Part shown: positions 57,996 through 64,000 of the stretch, piece by piece
Numbering within the stretch: the stretch's first letter is position 1
How the letters are laid out: the number at the start of each line of letters is the position of its first letter
NCBI GenBank assembly: GCA_902770045.1
Contig: CACXRO010000010.1
Coordinates: forward strand, 25,857-89,856
Reading direction: 5' to 3'
Length of the DNA stretch: 64,000 nucleotides
From: an uncultured bacterium
GTDB taxonomy: Bacteria > Verrucomicrobiota > Kiritimatiellia > RFP12 > UBA1067
The notes under the pieces: model-generated
The model's database searches: none
The model's input: the letters and a program-made list of their open reading frames with translations, nothing else
What the model was told of the DNA's origin: nothing
Made by a program: the position numbers and the translations under genes

Positions 57996-59072
57996 GTGAA
58001 GAGACTCAACGAAATCGAATGGGAGAAGTTCGAGGCGCTTTCGCTCGAGGAGAAGCGTCCGTACCTTGAACGAGTGGAGGGGGACGGCATGCCCTACCAC
58101 ACGCTCTTCGCGCAGCAGTTCGACCGGCCGGTCCTGGAGCGGCTCTGCGCGCTCGCGAACCGCATCCGCTTCATCAACAAGTCGAAGGAGGGTGCGCTCT
58201 ACCTGAAGGGGGTGCTGGCGCACAAGCGCGCGATGCTCTACTTCTCCCAGCCGTCGTCGCGCACGTTCCTCTCCCACCTCGCCGCCTGCCAGATCCTCGG
58301 CATCACCACCGGCTCGGTCAGGGACGCGGCGACGTCCTCGGAGTTCAAGGGCGAGTCGCGGGAGGACTCGGTGAGGACATTCTCCTCCTACTTCGACATG
58401 ATCATCATGCGCTCGCCGGAGCAGGGCCTCGCGGAGCGGATGGCGTGGGAGCTCTCCAACTCCTCGCGGTCGATCCCGATCATCAACGCCGGCTCTGGCA
58501 AGGACCAGCACCCGACCCAGGCGCTGCTGGACATCTACACGCTGATGCGCTCCTTCGAGGAGAAGGGCGGGCTGGACGGCCGCACCGTGGTGTTCTGCGG
58601 CGACCTCATGCGCGGCCGCACGGTGCGCTCGCTCTCCTATCTGCTCACCGACTTTCGCAACGTCCGCCAGGTGTTCGTCGCCCCGCAGGAGCTGCAGGTC
58701 CCGGCCGACGTGGTGATGATCCTCGCGCGCCGCGGCATCGACTTCGAGGTGACCGACAACCTGCGCGAGGCGGTGAAGTCGGCGGACGCGGTGTACATGA
58801 CGCGCATCCAGGACGAGTGGGACTCCGCCAAGGGCGCCTCGGCGCGCATCGACACCTCGCGCTTCAAGTTCGGCGCCGAGGAGCTCAAGCTCCTGAAGCC
58901 GGACGGCTGCCTCCTCCACCCGCTGCCGCGGCGGGACGAGATCGCCGTCTGCTGCGACCGCGACCCGCGCGCGATGTACTGGCGCCAGATGCGCAACGGC
59001 ATGTGGATCCGCGCCGCGCTGATCGCCGCGACCTTCGGCTTCGAGAAGGACATCATGTCCTGCGGCTACTGA
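57996..59072 (+). CDS. aspartate/ornithine carbamoyltransferase-fold protein with a non-canonical carbamoyl-phosphate motif
   Basis: The transcarbamylase fold (HPTQ, HPLP, a SxRT motif) is present, but SSRTF replaces the STRTR signature. There is an N-terminal extension of ~60 aa. GTG start with an AAGGAGG ribosome-binding site. Confidence 0.6.
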   Translation: MKRLNEIEWEKFEALSLEEKRPYLERVEGDGMPYHTLFAQQFDRPVLERLCALANRIRFINKSKEGALYLKGVLAHKRAMLYFSQPSSRTFLSHLAACQILGITTGSVRDAATSSEFKGESREDSVRTFSSYFDMIIMRSPEQGLAERMAWELSNSSRSIPIINAGSGKDQHPTQALLDIYTLMRSFEEKGGLDGRTVVFCGDLMRGRTVRSLSYLLTDFRNVRQVFVAPQELQVPADVVMILARRGIDFEVTDNLREAVKSADAVYMTRIQDEWDSAKGASARIDTSRFKFGAEELKLLKPDGCLLHPLPRRDEIAVCCDRDPRAMYWRQMRNGMWIRAALIAATFGFEKDIMSCGY

Positions 59073-59116
59073 CCGTGCCCGGTTCGTCAAGTAGGACGTG
59101 CACCCTTTTGTCCCCT

Positions 59117-59124
59117 AGTATAAT
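59117..59124 (+). promoter_or_regulatory. -10 element (TAGTATAATATCC), leaderless
   Basis: TATAAT is at 59119-24 and ATG is at 59132. Confidence 0.45.
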
Positions 59125-59131
59125 ATCCGAC

Positions 59132-60244
59132 ATGGCGTTGCCGAGCGATCCGACGAGGCGCGCGTTTATGCGCGCACTTGCCGCCGAAGGACTCCTAATC
59201 GGGGGTCTTTGCGGGTGCTTTGCCTCGGCGGCGACCGTGCTCGCCCTACGTGCGCTGATACACCCCACCCCGGCATGGACTCCAACCGCACTCGCTCTGA
59301 TTCCGCTCGCCTCGCTCGCGGGTGCGCTTCTCGCCCTGCGCCGCACTCCCTCACGCGGCGCATGTGCCGCGCTTACCGAGGACGCGACCCATGCTGGCGG
59401 ACTACTGCTCGTCGAGGGGCTTCCAGGAGCAGATGCGTGGAAACGCCCCGCTCCTGTCGCCGCCGAGGTTCCGGTCAGGATCCGCAGACACCTTCTCAAA
59501 TCCGTCCTTGCCCTTGTCGCGCTCATCATCGCGTTCATCGTGCCGGCAAGTTGGTTTGCGTCGGCGGCCCCGTCCGCGCCGCGCGCCTTCCCCGATATCA
59601 CTGCCGACATCAGAAACGAAATCGAGGACATCCGCGAAGAAGAGTCGCTCGAACCCGAGACAATCGAGGAGCTTGCCGAGGAGCTTAAGCGGATAGAGGC
59701 CGCCGCCGACCCCGCCGACCCAGGCACGGCCATCGACGCCGCTGAACGCCTGCGCGAGAGGGTCGCCGCGCTGCTTGAGCTGAACAGCGAGACGCTGAAG
59801 CGAATCGTGCAGGACTCCGACGCGCTCGCGCGAATCGCCAACTTCCAGAAGATGCTAGAGGAATCGTGCGCCGGCTCCTGCCCGAACGGAGAGGAACGTC
59901 CTGGCGGAGAGGGTGAATGCGAAGAGCCAGGCGAGGTGCCAGGCGCTGGATCTCCCGAGCGCGGACGCGGCGACGCGGAGATGTCGTGGACCGACCCCTC
60001 CGAGCTCGGCGAATCAAAATACGACGACAGCGCGAAAGAGCTGAAGCCGGGCAAAAACGCCGAGGAGGGAAAACTCGGCGAGTCGATTTCGCAGGAGGAC
60101 CCGACTGCAAAGGGGGCGGCCTCCAGGCGCGGCGCGGCGGCAATCGGCGGGCGCTCGGCAGGAACCTCGATAAAGAGAACGGTCGCCCCGCGCCATCGCG
60201 GGACTGTGAAAAGATTTTTCGAGACAGAAAGGAAACACCAATGA
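59132..60244 (+). CDS. hypothetical membrane protein with an acidic coiled-coil and Cys-rich C-terminal region
   Basis: Two to three N-terminal transmembrane helices, an acidic E/D-rich middle, and a CAGSCPNGE..GECEE cluster. Its stop overlaps the moxR start. Confidence 0.5.
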   Translation: MALPSDPTRRAFMRALAAEGLLIGGLCGCFASAATVLALRALIHPTPAWTPTALALIPLASLAGALLALRRTPSRGACAALTEDATHAGGLLLVEGLPGADAWKRPAPVAAEVPVRIRRHLLKSVLALVALIIAFIVPASWFASAAPSAPRAFPDITADIRNEIEDIREEESLEPETIEELAEELKRIEAAADPADPGTAIDAAERLRERVAALLELNSETLKRIVQDSDALARIANFQKMLEESCAGSCPNGEERPGGEGECEEPGEVPGAGSPERGRGDAEMSWTDPSELGESKYDDSAKELKPGKNAEEGKLGESISQEDPTAKGAASRRGAAAIGGRSAGTSIKRTVAPRHRGTVKRFFETERKHQ

Positions 60245-61206
60245 CGCTTCTATCACCAGATGAAATAGCGCCTGTAAAGCAGGACCTCGACCGCACGCTC
60301 GCCGCGCTCGACTCGATGCTGCTCGGCCGCCCCGCGCTGCACCGACTCGTGCTCGCGGGAATCCTCGCACGCGGGCACATTCTCCTTGAGGGGCTTCCCG
60401 GGCTCGGCAAGACAGCGCTCGTCACCGCGCTCGCGAAGATACTCGAGCTCGACGCAAAGCGCATACAGTTCACGCCCGACCTTATGCCGTCCGACATCGT
60501 CGGCTCGCACATCCTCGAGACGCGGGCGGACGGCTCGCGCGAAATGTCGTTCCGCCCCGGGCCCGTCTTCTGCAACCTCCTGCTCGCGGACGAAATCAAC
60601 CGCGCCTCGCCCAAGACGCAGTCCGCGCTCCTCGAGACGATGCAGGAGCGCTCCGTCACGCTCATGGGCGTGACGCGTCCGCTGCCGGACCCGTTCTTCG
60701 TCCTCGCAAGCCAGAACCCGATCGAACTCGAGGGGACGTATCCGCTCCCCGAGGCGCAGACCGACCGATTCCTCTTCCGCCTCCGCGTCGGCTCTCCCGA
60801 CGCCGCGACGCTGACGGCGATCATCTCGTCGCGGTCGCAGGGCAAAATGCCCGACCCCGGCTTCACGCTTTCGAAGGACGCGCTCGGGCGCGCGTTCGAC
60901 ACCGCCTCGCGCGTCGTGCTGCCCGAGGCCGTCGCCTCCTGGATCGGACGCATCGTCGCCGCGACGCACAAGGCGGAGCACGTCAAGTACGGCGCCTCGC
61001 CACGCGCGGCGATTGCGCTCGCGGAGTCGGCACGCGCCTTTGCCCTTCTCGACGGACGCCCCTCGGTGGGCTTCGACGACGTGCGTGCAGTCGCGATTCC
61101 AGTCCTCAACCACCGTCTCGTTCTCGACTACCGCGCATCTTTGGACGGCGTCACACCGGACGACATAGCGCGCGGCATCATCGAATCAGTTCCTGTTGCG
61201 GAGTAA
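60241..61206 (+). CDS. MoxR-family AAA+ ATPase
   Basis: Walker A GLPGLGKT and LLADEINRASPKTQSALLE..RFLFR are typical of MoxR. Confidence 0.85.
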   Translation: MTLLSPDEIAPVKQDLDRTLAALDSMLLGRPALHRLVLAGILARGHILLEGLPGLGKTALVTALAKILELDAKRIQFTPDLMPSDIVGSHILETRADGSREMSFRPGPVFCNLLLADEINRASPKTQSALLETMQERSVTLMGVTRPLPDPFFVLASQNPIELEGTYPLPEAQTDRFLFRLRVGSPDAATLTAIISSRSQGKMPDPGFTLSKDALGRAFDTASRVVLPEAVASWIGRIVAATHKAEHVKYGASPRAAIALAESARAFALLDGRPSVGFDDVRAVAIPVLNHRLVLDYRASLDGVTPDDIARGIIESVPVAE

Positions 61207-61251
61207 TCGTTTAACACAGAGACGCAAAGGCGCAGAGAAGTTTTGAAAGCC

Positions 61252-61890
61252 ATGACAACATACAGAAAATTCGTTCTTATTTCCGCAGCCGCGCTCGCCG
61301 TATCTTCGTCGGCAGTTCCGGCAAAGGCTCTGTCCGTGACGCCAGCCCCGAAAGCGGAAAAGAAGGAGATCGGCGGCTCCACCGCAGTCCTCAGCCCGGC
61401 CTCATGGAATAGATGCTCGCGGATAGACGCGCTCGAATACCGCGACGAGACTGTCGTCGGCTCGGATATAACTCACGACGCGCCGCTCAGTCGCATCGCG
61501 CTGCGAAACACCCTCCCCTTCCCGCGCACTATACAAGTCAGCGCCCGAGCCCCGCTCTCCGCGCTGTCCACAAGAACCGTCGCCCTCGGCCCAGGAGCTT
61601 CCGCCACCATTACGCTGCCGGGCGTGTTCACGGTTGAAGACGGCTACGGCTACGGCGTGAGCGACATCACCTTGTTTGAGGCGAAGCCCCCAAACAGCAA
61701 CGGACCAAAAAGCGAGCCCCTCCAGCTGTCAAGCATAGTCTCGGATTTTCACCCTGCCTCATACGGACAACCCGTCAAGAACGACGTGAATCTCCTGCTC
61801 TCCGCAGGAATAGTCCGCGACGCCGTGCTGCCCGCGTTCAAACACGACTTCAACTCCGTCGAGCTGCGCCGAGACGCGCCGTTTGCATGA
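61252..61890 (+). CDS. secreted hypothetical protein
   Basis: Signal peptide in FVLISAAALAVSSSAVPAKA. The alternative TTG start at 61243 is possible. Confidence 0.45.
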   Translation: MTTYRKFVLISAAALAVSSSAVPAKALSVTPAPKAEKKEIGGSTAVLSPASWNRCSRIDALEYRDETVVGSDITHDAPLSRIALRNTLPFPRTIQVSARAPLSALSTRTVALGPGASATITLPGVFTVEDGYGYGVSDITLFEAKPPNSNGPKSEPLQLSSIVSDFHPASYGQPVKNDVNLLLSAGIVRDAVLPAFKHDFNSVELRRDAPFA

Positions 61891-62993
61891 CGAAGGAAGT
61901 CGCGGACGCGCTCCCCGAAGAGGCGCGCGCCGCGCTGCGGGCGTTCGAGATTCTCGGAGGCGCGGTGATCACATTCGCAGACGGCAAGTCTGTTCCGTCC
62001 AACCTTCAGTCAACGGCGGAGACCGCGCAGAGGCGGCGCATCGGCGACCTCAGCGCAAGGCGTTACTACTATGGCAAGACCTCCGACTTCCATTTTGCCG
62101 TGAACCACACATGTGTTCCGATAAACGTCGGCAAGTCGCTGCCAGTCGGTCTCCTCGTCTTCCTGCTTCTTCTCGTCGCGTTCATCGTGATGCCGGGTAT
62201 CGTCTTCGTGTGCGCGAAGCGCAACAGGCGTCTTCTTATCCTCGCGGCGCTTCCGGGAACTGCCTTCGCCCTGACGCTCGTCGTGGCGGCCATAGCGCTC
62301 ATCGCATACGGCACGACGCCGACAGTGCGGATTCAGTCCGTCACGATACTTGACCCGGCAAGCCGCCTTGCCGTGACGCGCGGGCAGTTCGCCTTGTTCG
62401 CGCCGGGGAATGTGACCGAGGAGATGTCGATTCCTTCCGACGTCTCCTTCCGTCTGCGCGGACGCGGCGACGAACGATTTTTTGCGTCCTTCGGCGAGAG
62501 CTGCCGCCTCTCCGGCGACTGGGTAAAGCCGCTTACCGCGACCTTCTTCGACTTCGAGCGCGCCGAGCGCCGGTCGGAAAGGCTCGACGTCAAGCCGACG
62601 CAGGACGGCGATCTCGTCTTCGCCAATCTCCTCGGCGTACCGGTCACGGGAGGAACCGCCAGGTTCGGCAACATCCGCTACAAAGTGCCGCCTCTCGCGC
62701 CCGGCGAGCAGGCGACTGTCAAGGGCGAGCCGCTTCCGGACAAGGCCGCGGCAAATGCGCCGCTTCCGCACGAGACGCTTTTCGAAAAGGGAACGTCGTA
62801 CGGACGCAACTGGAAGGACATCACAGAGCTTATCGAGAAGGACAAGCTGCTTCTGCCCGACAGGACATACGTCGTCCGTCTCGCGGGCTCGCCGTTCTTC
62901 CCCTCCCCGCTCGCCTCGCGCAAGACATACGAGACTGCGGAGGCGGTCGTCGCGGGACGCATTGCCGACGACGGCGGAAAGGAGGAGAAATGA
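61887..62993 (+). CDS. hypothetical membrane protein
   Basis: Two transmembrane helices near residues 100-150. Overlapping ATGA start. Confidence 0.45.
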   Translation: MTKEVADALPEEARAALRAFEILGGAVITFADGKSVPSNLQSTAETAQRRRIGDLSARRYYYGKTSDFHFAVNHTCVPINVGKSLPVGLLVFLLLLVAFIVMPGIVFVCAKRNRRLLILAALPGTAFALTLVVAAIALIAYGTTPTVRIQSVTILDPASRLAVTRGQFALFAPGNVTEEMSIPSDVSFRLRGRGDERFFASFGESCRLSGDWVKPLTATFFDFERAERRSERLDVKPTQDGDLVFANLLGVPVTGGTARFGNIRYKVPPLAPGEQATVKGEPLPDKAAANAPLPHETLFEKGTSYGRNWKDITELIEKDKLLLPDRTYVVRLAGSPFFPSPLASRKTYETAEAVVAGRIADDGGKEEK

Positions 62994-63904
62994 AAGTAGA
63001 GCTACTTCACCTCACGCGCGTCTTCCAGCGCGGATTCAAGGCGGTGGACGACCTCTCGTTCTCGTTCACGTCGGGCGAAGTCGTCGGCTTCGTGGGACCC
63101 AACGGCGCCGGAAAGACGACTACGATGCGCATGCTCGCGACGCTGGACGTTCCCGATTCAGGCGACATCCTGATCGACGGAAAATCCATCCTCGACGACC
63201 CGTCGCTTGCGCACCGCGCGGTTGGCTTCATGCCAGACGACCTCCCGAACCGCTCGGACACCACGGTAGACGAATACCTCGACTTCTTCGGACGCGCCTA
63301 CGGCCTCCGCGGCAAGGAACTCGCGGACGCGATCAACGGAGTGGAGGACTTCACCGGGCTCGTCTCGTTCCGCGACAAGACGCTGCGCGAGCTCTCGAAG
63401 GGGATGAAGCAGCGCGTCTCGCTCGCTCGCGCGCTCGTCCACGATCCCCAGGTTATCGTCATGGACGAACCAGCCAACGGGCTTGACCCGCGCGCCCGCA
63501 TCGAGCTAAGGGAACTCGTCCGCGCCCTCGCCGAGCAGGGCAAGGCAATACTCATCTCGTCGCACATCCTGAGCGAACTCGAGGAGATGTGCACCACTTC
63601 CGTCATAATCGAGCGCGGCAGAAGGCTTTCCACCGACTTCAAGGACGAGACCGCGTGGATTCGCCTAAAGTTCAACTCGGAAGGCGGCGAGGCAATCCTC
63701 GCGAAGCTCCTCGAAATGCCGTCGGTCAAGGAGGCGGAGCTCTCCGGCGCGGGTTTCCGCGTGCGCATAGACGCAGGCGACGACGCGGCGGAGAGTCTCG
63801 CGAAGGAGCTTTTCGCGAAAGGCCTTGTCCCGATCCACTTTACATCCGAGGCGGGCCGCCTCGAAGACGTGTTCATGCACGTGACGAAAGGAGCACTCGC
63901 ATGA
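62990..63904 (+). CDS. ABC transporter ATP-binding protein
   Basis: Walker A GPNGAGKTT, the LSKGMKQRV signature, Walker B and an ABC-2-type C-terminal domain. Confidence 0.9.
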   Translation: MKVELLHLTRVFQRGFKAVDDLSFSFTSGEVVGFVGPNGAGKTTTMRMLATLDVPDSGDILIDGKSILDDPSLAHRAVGFMPDDLPNRSDTTVDEYLDFFGRAYGLRGKELADAINGVEDFTGLVSFRDKTLRELSKGMKQRVSLARALVHDPQVIVMDEPANGLDPRARIELRELVRALAEQGKAILISSHILSELEEMCTTSVIIERGRRLSTDFKDETAWIRLKFNSEGGEAILAKLLEMPSVKEAELSGAGFRVRIDAGDDAAESLAKELFAKGLVPIHFTSEAGRLEDVFMHVTKGALA

Positions 63905-64000
63905 AAAACCCATTCTCGCTGAACCCCGTCGCGCTCCGCGAACTTCGCCAGCTCGTCCGCTCGCGCGTAATCACCTGGAGCTTCGCACTCTATCCCGCCA
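63901..64000 (+). CDS. probable ABC-2 type permease (5' partial at window edge)
   Basis: It starts at ATG 63901, overlapping the ATPase stop, and runs off the window. Confidence 0.4.
   Translation, partial: MKNPFSLNPVALRELRQLVRSRVITWSFALYPA

Overview
This is a 64 kb window of high-GC (~65-70%) bacterial DNA. Every gene I can support lies on the + strand. The gene content points to an anaerobic Gram-negative organism, possibly from the PVC superphylum (NrdDG, HydF, secretin, DUF2723, BspA-type leucine-rich repeats, L-rhamnose isomerase, mannonate dehydratase); the phylum guess is inference only. Core genes present: dnaE, thiD, cysS, tex, ilvE, recJ, nrdD/nrdG, tkt, tadA, gmk, fmt and a tRNA-Gly/Lys/Phe cluster. 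Accessory content: (i) a GspL/GspM/secretin-like cluster; (ii) an operon of an outer-membrane repeat protein, a solo zeta-toxin-like kinase and a lipoprotein; (iii) an nrdD-nrdG operon split by a canonical Sir2 deacetylase plus a lower-GC acidic protein of unknown function; (iv) a ~2.4 kb low-GC islet directly after tRNA-Phe carrying an AbiEi/AbiEii pair and a truncated ADP-ribosylglycohydrolase remnant; (v) two adjacent giant surface proteins of 1795 and 1307 aa (beta-helix-like Gly-rich modules, BspA leucine-rich repeats, Listeria-Bacteroides repeat and Ig-like GLPxGL domains); (vi) HydF with a translationally coupled PHP phosphatase; (vii) a rhaA-uxuA-oxidoreductase sugar locus; (viii) a MoxR ATPase locus flanked by unknown membrane and secreted proteins and an ABC transporter. 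The most widespread non-coding signal is a highly conserved extended -10 element, GAATATGGTATAATACAC, sitting 7-9 nt upstream of many start codons, which implies leaderless mRNAs. A GTTGAAAG octamer appears as a 15-copy array upstream of the cysS promoter and as two copies downstream of the first gene. Long minus-strand and off-frame ORFs in the provided track look like GC-driven artefacts.
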